Shown here piece by piece: positions 11,517 to 22,305 of a DNA stretch of 38,810 nucleotides (positions are counted from its first letter, which is position 1; each line of letters starts with the position of its first letter). The stretch lies in contig NW_024055452.1 in the NCBI RefSeq assembly GCF_902713615.1, forward strand, positions 1-38,810, written 5' to 3'. Made by a program: the position numbers and the translations under genes. This stretch comes from Scyliorhinus canicula. Its lineage: Eukaryota. Under the pieces are notes generated by a model that ran no database searches, was not told where the DNA came from, and saw nothing but the letters and a program-made list of their open reading frames with translations.

Positions 11517-11765
11517 GCATTAGAACGGGAGGATTGGCAGCTGGACAACTTGATCCAAATTTAACATCAAGATCTGACAGTCACTCAATTCATTAGGATC
11601 TAAATATCACAAACTGTCAATGTACTTGTCTGTTCTGACGGTGGGAAGAGATTTCAAACATCAGTGTGACTGTAAAATCCCCTAGACACACACACCCGAG
11701 TGAGAGTGTTCCAGTGAACTGACTGTGGAAAGAGCTTTAACCAGTTACACAGCCTGAAAAATCAC
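11517..11765 (+). pseudogene. Truncated paralog of the ZNF 5' UTR/degenerate-finger exon
   Basis: Acceptor TTATTTTTCAG at 11506-11516; about 11650-11765 (ATTTCAAACATCAGTGTGACTG...GAGAGTGTTCCAGTGAACTGACTGTGGAAAGAGCTTTAACCAGTTACACAGCCTGAAAAA) closely matches the reverse complement of about 7230-7350. Confidence 0.7.
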
Positions 11766-11769
11766 CTTG

Positions 11770-11890
11770 TTTCCTCTTGTGGGACAGTCTGAGGGCATAA
11801 TCTCAGAGTAAGGAGTCTCAAATTTAGGACAGAGACGAGGAAGCATTCTTGCATCGGAGGGTAGTGAATCTGTGGAATTCTTCAGCTGTG
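11770..11890 (+). mobile_element. CR1 3' fragment
   Basis: GGGCATAATCTCAGAGTAAGG...AGGGTAGTGAATCTGTGGAATTC, matching the GH.L....FF..RVVNLWNS region. Confidence 0.6.
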
Positions 11891-12174
11891 CAATCATTCT
11901 GTCTCTGGAGTTTACCATAAAAAGGCAAAGGTGAAGGTGTCTTATCCCGGATGGGCCGCTTGGTGGCGCAGTCGCTCTTTCACTGAGGGGTTTTGAGTTC
12001 AGACATTACAGACAGGATAGGTGAGAAATTTCTGTCTGGGAAAGGGGAGAAAACTGTATAAAGGCGAAAAGGATCAGTGCCGATGGACCTGAGAGAAAGG
12101 AGTTCAGATTAGTCTTATTTTTTCATTTTTGATTCAATATTTATTAAAATTTCAGCGAAAATATTACACAAAAG

Positions 12175-12180
12175 TTTATT
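12175..12180 (-). terminator. Candidate poly(A) signal for the membrane IgM transcript (second AATAAA at 12140-12145)
   Basis: TTTATT on the plus strand about 400 bp past the TM2 stop. Confidence 0.5.
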
Positions 12181-12583
12181 TTGATGTTTACAAAAGGGAA
12201 CATAACGATTGAGGGTCACAGTGAGAACAGAACACATGCCCTCTGAGCTGCCAAATGTATGTACAACTGTAACAGACACAAGAGAGAACAGGAGCTCAAC
12301 ATAAAGGGAAGAAAACTGTTGTGAATAAGATCCGAGATAAGTTACTTATTTAGACATGACATTGAGGGAAATTATTAACTACAATTACATTACAGCCAAA
12401 ATTATCTCGTACATTTTAAACTGAAAAGCAGAAATACTGTCCATGATTGTCTCAGTTACAGATGCAGAATAATAAACTGAGATAATTTTACTGTTAGAGT
12501 CACCAAGAGGAGATATTGTATTTCTGTCACACAGATCATAATAAACAGCTGAGGAAAATCTACAGCGTCCGAACGTCAACCGA

Positions 12584-12592
12584 TCACTTGAT
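12584..12592 (-). CDS. IGHM: IgM TM2 exon, coding part (Ile-Lys-stop)
   Basis: Reverse complement TTTCTCTCTCTTTTACAG|ATC AAG TGA, 138 bp after the TM1 donor, phase 0. Confidence 0.85.
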   Translation of the reverse strand: MK

Positions 12593-12730
12593 CTGTAAAA
12601 GAGAGAGAAAATAATGAAGCAGATGTTTATGATCTGGGACATTGATGTTAGAGTTTTTAATCAATCAAACATTTAGTGTTTTTAAACGCCTTCTGTCAGT
12701 TTGAAGTGTGAGTGGATTGGATCTTCTCAC

Positions 12731-12858
12731 CTTCACCAGAGTGACTGCAGCGCTGTAGGACATGCTCAGGAAGAACAGGGTGATGAATGTGGAAGCGGTT
12801 GTCCAGATGTTCCCGTTATCATCCTCATTTTCTTCAGTCCAGGTGTGGTCTGTGGTAT
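12731..12858 (-). CDS. IGHM: IgM TM1 exon (DTTDHTWTEENEDDNGNIWTTASTFITLFFLSMSYSAAVTLVK)
   Basis: CGTAG| acceptor and AAG|GTGAGA donor; 128 bp plus 1 nt from CH4 gives 43 codons; acidic spacer and CART-type WTTASTF..LF.LS..YS..VTL motif. Not in the ORF track. Confidence 0.93.
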
Positions 12859-13017
12859 CTACGAGGATCGAGCCAAATATAATTAGTTTGTTTATTAATC
12901 CAGGATATGTTTTTTAATATTCTCGTTTCATTTTCTCCCGCTGCTAATTCATTCTTTAATATATTTGTCATTGCATATCTACTGTTGAGTTCATGACACT
13001 CGGAAATCGATCGCTGT

Positions 13018-13208
13018 AACTTTTTTCTTCCAATTAAGGGGCAATTTAACACGGGCAATCCACCTACCCTGCACATCTTTGGGTTGTCGGCGTGAGACCC
13101 GCAGGTCACTGGGAAAGTCCACTGGGACAGAGACCCAGGAGCGGGATCAACCCCAGGTCCATGGTGGCTGAGGCAGCAGTGCTAACCACTATGCCACCGT
13201 GCTGCCCT
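13018..13208 (-). mobile_element. Older copy of the short tRNA-derived SINE
   Basis: Reverse-complement head GGGCAGCACGGTGGCATAGTGGTTAGC; ends CCCCTTAATTGGAAGAAAAAA. Confidence 0.7.
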
Positions 13209-13636
13209 TGCCTGACGTTTGTGTTTGTTCTTTAGCTTTTGTGTCTGTGTGGATGCGAAATTCGTATTTCTTTACTCTTCTTTTGTGTGTCCCGATGTCT
13301 TTATAAGTGTCATTGTGTGTTCATGTGTCAATGAGTATTGATCTGTGTACCTGTGTGTCAGCGCCTGTGTGAACTTTGTTTATCTTCTGTTAATGTGTAT
13401 TTATGAGTGTTTTATTGTGTGTGTTTGTGTGTTGAAGTCTATGTTTATATATTAATGCCTGTGTTAATATAAGTTTATACTTCCCTGCCCAGTAATAAAA
13501 GTGTTAATGTGTCTTTATACGTTCAACATGCATGTCAATGTCTTAATGTTTGTGTCTGGATAAGTGCGTTTGTGTGTGTGTGAGTTTGTTGATGCGTGTA
13601 TTTCATCATAGAATCATCATTAAATATAATCCCTAT

Positions 13637-13860
13637 GGGCAGCACGGTGGCCTCGTGGTTAGCACAACCGCCTCACGACGCTGAGGTCCCAGGTTCGATC
13701 CCGGCTCTGGGTCACTGTCCGTGTGGAGTTTGCACATTCTCCCCGTGTCTGCGTGGGTTTCGCCCCCACAACCCAAAAATGTGCAGAGTAGGTGGATTGG
13801 CCATGCTAAATTGCCCCTTAATTGGAAAAAAATAATTGGGTAATCTAAATTTAAAAAAAT
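13637..13860 (+). mobile_element. Young short SINE with 13-bp TSD (ATATAATCCCTAT), nested in the tail of an older SINE
   Basis: TSD at 13624-13636 and 13861-13873; A-box and B-box (GGTTCGATCCC) present. Confidence 0.85.
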
Positions 13861-13873
13861 ATATAATCCCTAT

Positions 13874-14170
13874 TGTGCCGAACGAGGCCATTCGGCCCAT
13901 TGTGTCTGCACCGACCCTCCGAAAGAGCACTCTGCCTGGACGCATGCCCCTGCCCTGTCACCAGAACCCCGTAACCCCACCTAACGTTGTGGGCATTAAG
14001 CGGTAATATAGCCTGGCCAACCCACCGAACCCGCACATCTTTGGACTGTGGGAGGAAACTAGAGCACGCGGAGGAAACAGGAACAGACCTGGCAGAACAT
14101 GGGAACACCACACAGACAATCACCCAAGGCTGGAATTGAACCCGGGATTATGGCGCTGTGCGGCAGTGGT
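13874..14170 (-). mobile_element. Older HE1-like SINE with CR1-type tail
   Basis: GAGGCCATTCGGCCCATTGTGTCTGCACCG tail in reverse; its end continues left of the nested SINE (CATAGAATCATC, about 13606-13620). Confidence 0.7.
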
Positions 14171-14368
14171 GCTATTTATGCGTTGATGTTTGATTATAAC
14201 TATCTATTGATGTGTATTGATGACTCTATGTATATTCATATGTGTTCGTGTTAGCGTGTGTACGAGTCAGCTAATATGTATCTACGTGTGTCCGTTAGTG
14301 TGGATTATTGTCTCTGTTTGAATGGAAATATTTCTGTCATCGTGAAATTCTGCTAATTTACATGTTAT

Positions 14369-17300
14369 CCAGCAGAGGGCAGCAGAGCAGAGCTACTGAT
14401 CAGCTGTTCTGGGGGAATTTGCATACGTGCAGTGTGGTCAGCCTAAGTTGAAGGGGAACCGGCAAAGGAGACCCAAGGAGTTTGAGTGAAGACAAGCATC
14501 CAGCAGAGGGCAGCAGAGCAGAGCTACTGATCAGCTGTTCTGGGGGAATTTGCATACGTGCAGTGTGGTCAGCCTAAGTTGAAGGGGAACCGGCGAAGGA
14601 GACCCAAGGAGTTTGAGTGAAGACAAGCATCCAGCAGAGGGCAGCAGAGCAGAGCTACTGATCAGCTGTTCTGGGGGAATTTGCATACGTGCAGTGCGGT
14701 CAGCCTAAGTTGAAGGGGAACCGGCGAAGGAGACCCAAGGAGTTTGAGTGAAGACAAGCATCCAGCAGAGGGCAGCAGAGCAGAGCTACTGATCAGCTGT
14801 TCTGGGGGAATTTGCATACGTGCAGTGCGGTCAGCCTAAGTTGAAGGGGAACCGGCGAAGGAGACCCAAGGAGTTTGAGTGAAGACAAGCATCCAGCAGA
14901 GGGCAGCAGAGCAGAGCTACTGATCAGCTGTTCTGGGGGAATTTGCATACGTGCAGTGTGGTCAGCCTAAGTTGAAGGGGAACCGGCGAAGGAGACCCAA
15001 GGAGTTTGAGTGAAGACAAGCATCCAGCAGAGGGCAGCAGAGCAGAGCTACTGATCAGCTGTTCTGGGGGAATTTGCATACGTGCAGTGTGGTCAGCCTA
15101 AGTTGAAGGGGAACCGGCGAAGGAGACCCAAGGAGTTTGAGTGAAGACAAGCATCCAGCAGAGGGCAGCAGAGCAGAGCTACTGATCAGCTGTTCTGGGG
15201 GAATTTGCATACGTGCAGTGTGGTCAGCCTAGGTTGAAGGGGAACCGGCGAAGGAGACCCAAGGAGTTTGAGTGAAGACAAGCATCCAGCAGAGGGCAGC
15301 AGAGCAGAGCTACTGATCAGCTGTTCTGGGGGAATTTGCATACGTGCAGTGTGGTCAGCCTAAGTTGAAGGGGAACCAGCGAAGGAGACCCAAGGAGTTT
15401 GAGTGAAGACAAGCATCCAGCAGAGGGCAGCAGAGCAGAGCTACTGATCAGCTGTTCTGGGGGAATTTGCATACGTGCAGTGTGGTCAGCCTAAGTTGAA
15501 GGGGAACCGGCGAAGGAGACCCAAGGAGTTTGAGTGAAGACAAGCATCCAGCAGAGGGCAGCAGAGCAGAGCTACTGATCAGCTGTTCTGGGGGAATTTG
15601 CATACGTGCAGTGTGGTCAGCCTAAGTTGAAGGGGAACCGGCGAAGGAGACCCAAGGTGTTTGAGTGAAGACAAGCATCCAGCAGAGGGCAGCAGAGCAG
15701 AGCTACTGATCAGCTGTTCTGGGGGAATTTGCATACGTGCAGTGGGGTCAGCCTAAGTTGAAGGGGAACCGGCGAAGGAGACCCAAGGAGTTTGAGTGAA
15801 GACAAGCATCCAGCAGAGGGCAGCAGAGCAGAGCTACTGATCAGCTGTTCTGGGGGAATTTGCATACGTGCAGTGCGGTCAGCCTAAGTTGAAGGGGAAC
15901 CGGCGAAGGAGACCCAAGGAGTTTGAGTGAAGACAAGCATCCAGCAGAGGGCAGCAGAGCAGAGCTACTGATCAGCTGTTCTGGGGGAATTTGCATACGT
16001 GCAGTGTGGTCAGCCTAAGTTGAAGGGGAACCGGCGAAGGAGACCCAAGGAGTTTGAGTGAAGACAAGCATCCAACAGAGGGCAGCAGAGCAGAGCTACT
16101 GATCAGCTGTTCTGGGGGAATTTGCATACGTGCAGTGGGGTCAGCCTAAGTTGAAGGGGAACCGGCGAAGGAGACCCAAGGAGTTTGAGTGAAGACAAGC
16201 ATCCAGCAGAGGGCAGCAGAGCAGAGCTACTGATCAGCTGTTCTGGGGGAATTTGCATACGTGCAGTGTGGTCAGCCTACGTTGAAGGGGAACCGGCGAA
16301 GGAGACCCAAGGAGTTTGAGTGAAGACAAGCATCCAGCAGAGGGCAGCAGAGCAGAGCTACTGATCAGCTGTTCTGGGGGAATTTGCATACGTGCAGTGC
16401 GGTCAGCCTAAGTTGAAGGGGAACCGGCGAAGGAGACCCAAGGAGTTTGAGTGAAGACAAGCATCCAGCAGAGGGCAGCAGAGCAGAGCTACTGATCAGC
16501 TGTTCTGGGGGAATTTGCATACGTGCAGTGCGGTCAGCCTAAGTTGAAGGGGAACCGGCGAAGGAGACCCAAGGAGTTTGAGTGAAGACAAGCATCCAGC
16601 AGAGGGCAGCAGAGCAGAGCTACTGATCAGCTGTTCTGGGGGAATTTGCATACGTGCAGTGTGGTCAGCCTAAGTTGAAGGGGAACCGGCGAAGGAGACC
16701 CAAGGAGTTTGAGTGAAGACAAGCATCCAGCAGAGGGCAGCAGAGCAGAGCTACTGATCAGCTGTTCTGGGGGAATTTGCATACGTGCAGTGGGGTCAGC
16801 CTAAGTTGAAGGGGAACCGGCGAAGGAGACCCAAGGAGTTTGAGTGAAGACAAGCATCCAGCAGAGGGCAGCAGAGCAGAGCTACTGATCAGCTGTTCTG
16901 GGGGAATTTGCATACGTGCAGTGCGGTCAGCCTAAGTTGAAGGGGAACCGGCGAAGGAGACCCAAGGAGTTTGAGTGAAGACAAGCATCCAGCAGAGGGC
17001 AGCAGAGCAGAGCTACTGATCAGCTGTTCTGGGGGAATTTGCATACGTGCAGTGGGGTCAGCCTAAGTTGAAGGGGAACCGGCGAAGGAGACCCAAGGAG
17101 TTTGAGTGAAGACAAGCATCCAGCAGAGGGCAGCAGAGCAGAGCTACTCATCAGCTGTTCTGGGGGAATTTGCATACGTGCAGTGGGGTCAGCCTACGTT
17201 GAAGGGGAACCGGCGAAGGAGACCCAAGGAGTTTGAGTGAAGACAAGCATCCAGCAGAGGGCAGCAGAGCAGAGCTACTGATCAGCTGTTCTGGGGGAAT

Positions 17301-20300
17301 TTGCATACGTGCAGTGGGGTCAGCCTAAGTTGAAGGGGAACCGGCGAAGGAGACCCAAGGAGTTTGAGTGAAGACAAGCATCCAGCAGAGGGCAGCAGAG
17401 CAGAGCTACTGATCAGCTGTTCTGGGGGAATTTGCATACGTGCAGTGGGGTCAGCCTAAGTTGAAGGGGAACCGGCGAAGGAGACCCAAGGAGTTTGAGT
17501 GAAGACAAGCATCCAGCAGAGGGCAGCAGAGCAGAGCTACTGATCAGCTGTTCTGGGGGAATTTGCATACGTGCAGTGCGGTCAACCTAAGTTGAAGGGG
17601 AACCGGCGAAGGAGACCCAAGGAGTTTGAGTGAAGACAAGCATCCAGCAGAGGGCAGCAGAGCAGAGCTACTGATCAGCTGTTCTGGGGGAATTTGCATA
17701 CGTGCAGTGTGGTCAGCCTAAGTTGAAGGGGAACCGGCGAAGGAGACCCAAGGAGTTTGAGTGAAGACAAGCATCCAACAGAGGGCAGCAGAGCAGAGCT
17801 ACTGATCAGCTGTTCTGGGGGAATTTGCATACGTGCAGTGGGGTCAGCCTAAGTTGAAGGGGAACCGGCGAAGGAGACCCAAGGAGTTTGAGTGAAGACA
17901 AGCATCCAGCAGAGGGCAGCAGAGCAGAGCTACTGATCAGCTGTTCTGGGGGAATTTGCATACGTGCAGTGTGGTCAGCCTACGTTGAAGGGGAACCGGC
18001 GAAGGAGACCCAAGGAGTTTGAGTGAAGACAAGCATCCAGCAGAGGGCAGCAGAGCAGAGCTACTGATCAGCTGTTCTGGGGGAATTTGCATACGTGCAG
18101 TGCGGTCAGCCTAAGTTGAAGGGGAACCGGCGAAGGAGACCCAAGGAGTTTGAGTGAAGACAAGCATCCAGCAGAGGGCAGCAGAGCAGAGCTACTGATC
18201 AGCTGTTCTGGGGGAATTTGCATACGTGCAGTGCGGTCAGCCTAAGTTGAAGGGGAACCGGCGAAGGAGACCCAAGGAGTTTGAGTGAAGACAAGCATCC
18301 AGCAGAGGGCAGCAGAGCAGAGCTACTGATCAGCTGTTCTGGGGGAATTTGTATACGTGCAGTGTGGTCAGCCTAAGTTGAAGGGGAACCGGCGAAGGAG
18401 ACCCAAGGAGTTTGAGTGAAGACAAGCATCCAGCAGAGGGCAGCAGAGCAGAGCTACTGATCAGCTGTTCTGGGGGAATTTGCATACGTGCAGTGCGGTC
18501 AGCCTAAGTTGAACGGGAACCGGCGAAGGAGACCCAAGGAGTTTGAGTGAAGACAAGCATCCAGCAGAGGGCAGCAGAGCAGAGCTACTGATCAGCTGTT
18601 CTGGGGGAATTTGCATACGTGCAGTGTGGTCAGCCTAAGTTGAAGGGGAACCGGCGAAGGAGACCCAAGGAGTTTGAGTGAAGACAAGCATCCAGCAGAG
18701 GGCAGCAGAGCAGAGCTACTGATCAGCTGTTCTGGGGGAATTTGCATACGTGCAGTGGGGTCAGCCTAAGTTGAAGGGGAACCGGCGAAGGAGACCCAAG
18801 GAGTTTGAGTGAAGACAAGCATCCAGCAGAGGGCAGCAGAGCAGAGCTACTGATCAGCTGTTCTGGGGGAATTTGCATACGTGCAGTGCAGTCAGCCTAA
18901 GTTGAAGGGGAACCGGCGAAGGAGACCCAAGGAGTTTGAGTGAAGACAAGCATCCAGCAGAGGGCAGCAGAGCAGAGCTACTGATCAGCTGTTCTGGGGG
19001 AATTTGCATACGTGCAGTGGGGTCAGCCTAAGTTGAAGGGGAACCGGCGAAGGAGACCCAAGGAGTTTGAGTGAAGACAAGCATCCAGCAGAGGGCAGCA
19101 GAGCAGAGCTACTGATCAGTTGTTCTGGGGGAATTTGCATACGTGCAGTGGGGTCAGCCTACGTTGAAGGGGAACCGGCGAAGGAGACCCAAGGAGTTTG
19201 AGTGAAGACAAGCATCCAGCAGAGGGCAGCAGAGCAGAGCTACTGATCAGCTGTTCTGGGGGAATTTGCATACGTGCAGTGGGGTCAGCCTAAGTTGAAG
19301 GGGAACCGGCGAAGGAGACCCAAGGAGTTTGAGTGAAGACAAGCATCCAGCAGAGGGCAGCAGAGCAGAGCTACTGATCAGCTGTTCTGGGGGAATTTGC
19401 ATACGTGCAGTGGGGTCAGCCTACGTTGAAGGGGAACCGGCGAAGGAGACCCAAGGAGTTTGAGTGAAGACAAGCATCCAGCAGAGGGCAGCAGAGCAGA
19501 GCTACTGATCAGCTGTTCTGGGGGAATTTGCATACGTGCAGTGGGGTCAGCCTACGTTGAAGGGGAACCGGCGAAGGAGACCCAAGGAGTTTGATTGAAG
19601 ACAAGCATCCAGCAGAGGGCAGCAGAGCAGAGCTACTGATCAGCTGTTCTGGGGGAATTTGCATACGTGCAGTGGGGTCAGCCTAAGTTGAAGGGGAACC
19701 GGCGAAGGAGACCCAAGGAGTTTGAGTGAAGACAAGCATCCAGCAGAGGGCAGCAGAGCAGAGCTACTGATCAGCTGTTCTGGGGGAATTTGCATACGTG
19801 CAGTGGGGTCAGCCTAAGTTGAAGGGGAACCGGCGAAGGAGACCCAAGGAGTTTGAGTGAAGACAAGCATCCAGCAGAGGGCAGCAGAGCAGAGCTACTG
19901 ATCAGCTGTTCTGGGGGAATTTGCATACGTGCAGTGGGGTCAGCCTACGTTGAAGGGGAACCGGCGAAGGAGACCCAAGGAGTTTGAGTGAAGACAAGCA
20001 TCCAGCAGAGGGCAGCAGAGCAGAGCTACTGATCAGCTGTTCTGGGGGAATTTGCATACGTGCAGTGGGGTCAGCCTAAGTTGAAGGGGAACCGGCGAAG
20101 GAGACCCAAGGAGTTTGAGTGAAGACAAGCATCCAGCAGAGGGCAGCAGAGCAGAGCTACTGATCAGCTGTTCTGGGGGAATTTGCATACGTGCAGTGGG
20201 GTCAGCCTACGTTGAAGGGGAACCGGCGAAGGAGACCCAAGGAGTTTGAGTGAAGACAAGCATCCAGCAGAGGGCAGCAGAGCAGAGCTACTGATCAGCT

Positions 20301-22052
20301 GTTCTGGGGGAATTTGCATACGTGCAGTGGGGTCAGCCTACGTTGAAGGGGAACCGGCGAAGGAGACCCAAGGAGTTTGATTGAAGACAAGCATCCAGCA
20401 GAGGGCAGCAGAGCAGAGCTACTGATCAGCTGTTCTGGGGGAATTTGCATACGTGCAGTGGGGTCAGCCTAAGTTGAAGGGGAACCGGCGAAGGAGACCC
20501 AAGGAGTTTGAGTGAAGACAAGCATCCAGCAGAGGGCAGCAGAGCAGAGCTACTGATCAGCTGTTCTGGGGGAATTTGCATACGTGCAGTGGGGTCAGCC
20601 TAAGTTGAAGGGGAACCGGCGAAGGAGACCCAAGGAGTTTGAGTGAAGACAAGCATCCAGCAGAGGGCAGCAGAGCAGAGCTACTGATCAGCTGTTCTGG
20701 GGGAATTTGCATACGTGCAGTGGGGTCAGCCTACGTTGAAGGGGAACCGGCGAAGGAGACCCAAGGAGTTTGAGTGAAGACAAGCATCCAGCAGAGGGCA
20801 GCAGAGCAGAGCTACTGATCAGCTGTTCTGGGGGAATTTGCATACGTGCAGTGGGGTCAGCCTAAGTTGAAGGGGAACCGGCGAAGGAGACCCAAGGAGT
20901 TTGAGTGAAGACAAGCATCCAGCAGAGGGCAGCAGAGCAGAGCTACTGATCAGCTGTTCTGGGGGAATTTGCATACGTGCAGTGGGGTCAGCCTACGTTG
21001 AAGGGGAACCGGCGAAGGAGACCCAAGGAGTTTGAGTGAAGACAAGCATCCAGCAGAGGGCAGCAGAGCAGAGCTACTGATCAGCTGTTCTGGGGGAATT
21101 TGCATACGTGCAGTGGGGTCAGCCTACGTTGAAGGGGAACCGGCGAAGGAGACCCAAGGAGTTTGAGTGAAGACAAGCATCCAGCAGAGGGCAGCAGAGC
21201 AGAGCTACTGATCAGCTGTTCTGGGGGAATTTGCATACGTGCAGTGGGGTCAGCCTACGTTGAAGGGGAACCGGCGAAGGAGACCCAAGGAGTTTGAGTG
21301 AAGACAAGCATCCAGCAGAGGGCAGCAGAGCAGAGCTACTGATCAGCTGTTCTGGGGGAATTTGCATACGTGCAGTGGGGTCAGCCTACGTTGAAGGGGA
21401 ACCGGCGAAGGAGACCCAAGGAGTTTGAGTGAAGACAAGCATCCAGCAGAGGGCAGCAGAGCAGAGCTACTGATCAGCTGTTCTGGGGGAATTTGCATAC
21501 GTGCAGTGGGGTCAGCCTACGTTGAAGGGGAACCGGCGAAGGAGACCCAAGGAGTTTGAGTGAAGACAAGCATCCAGCAGAGGGCAGCAGAGCAGAGCTA
21601 CTGATCAGCTGTTCTGGGGGAATTTGCATACGTGCAGTGGGGTCAGCCTACGTTGAAGGGGAACCGGCGAAGGAGACCCAAGGAGTTTGAGTGAAGACAA
21701 GCATCCAGCAGAGGGCAGCAGAGCAGAGCTACTGATCAGCTGTTCTGGGGGAATTTGCATACGTGCAGTGGGGTCAGCCTACGTTGAAGGGGAACCGGCG
21801 AAGGAGACCCAAGGAGTTTGTGTGAAGACAAGCATCCAGCAGAGGGCAGCAGAGCAGAGCTACTGATCAGCTGTTCTGGGGGAATTTGCATACGTGCAGT
21901 GGGGTCAGCCTACGTTGAAGGGGAACCGGCGAAGGAGACCCAAGGAGTTTGAGTGAAGACAAGCATCCAGCAGAGGGCAGCAGAGCAGAGCTACTGATCA
22001 GCTGTTCTGGGGGAATTTACATACGTGCAGTGCGGTCAGCCTAAGTTGAAGG
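14369..22052 (+). repeat. 131-bp tandem array, 58 full units plus one 86-bp partial unit, forming the 5' end of the CR1 insertion
   Basis: Unit CCAGCAGAGGGCAGCAGAGCAGAGCTACTGATCAGCTGTTCTGGGGGAATTTGCATACGTGCAGTG(T/C/G)GGTCAGCCTA(A/C)GTTGAAGGGGAACCGGCGAAGGAGACCCAAGGAGTTTGAGTGAAGACAAGCAT; first and last starts are 7598 = 58 x 131 apart, so no net indel. Confidence 0.97.
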
Positions 22053-22305
22053 TGGTTTGTGGAGGGGCTGTTGGCAAGTGACAGTTAAACCCGAAACACT
22101 TCGTGAGTGTTTCCCACCCTACCTCCTCCTCTAACCAACCCCCCCCCCCACCCCACGGTGGTTGGGAAGCGGGAGCAGGGGCCTGTCGTGAAGGTGAGTG
22201 AGTGCCTTTAAATTTGCTTAACTTTCAGCGGGAGCAGGGTTTGAGGTAATATCAGGAAAGCTCTTCCTTTCTTTTTCTTTTTCTTGTTTTTATAATCTAG
22301 AGGTG

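Noticed and set aside
2307-14170. tRNA genes at A-box/B-box-like motifs
   Set aside because: They are SINE heads continuing into SINE cores; no complete cloverleaf is evident.
14369-22052. CRISPR-like array
   Set aside because: No unique spacers; whole 131-bp units are near-identical, the context is eukaryotic and no cas genes are present.
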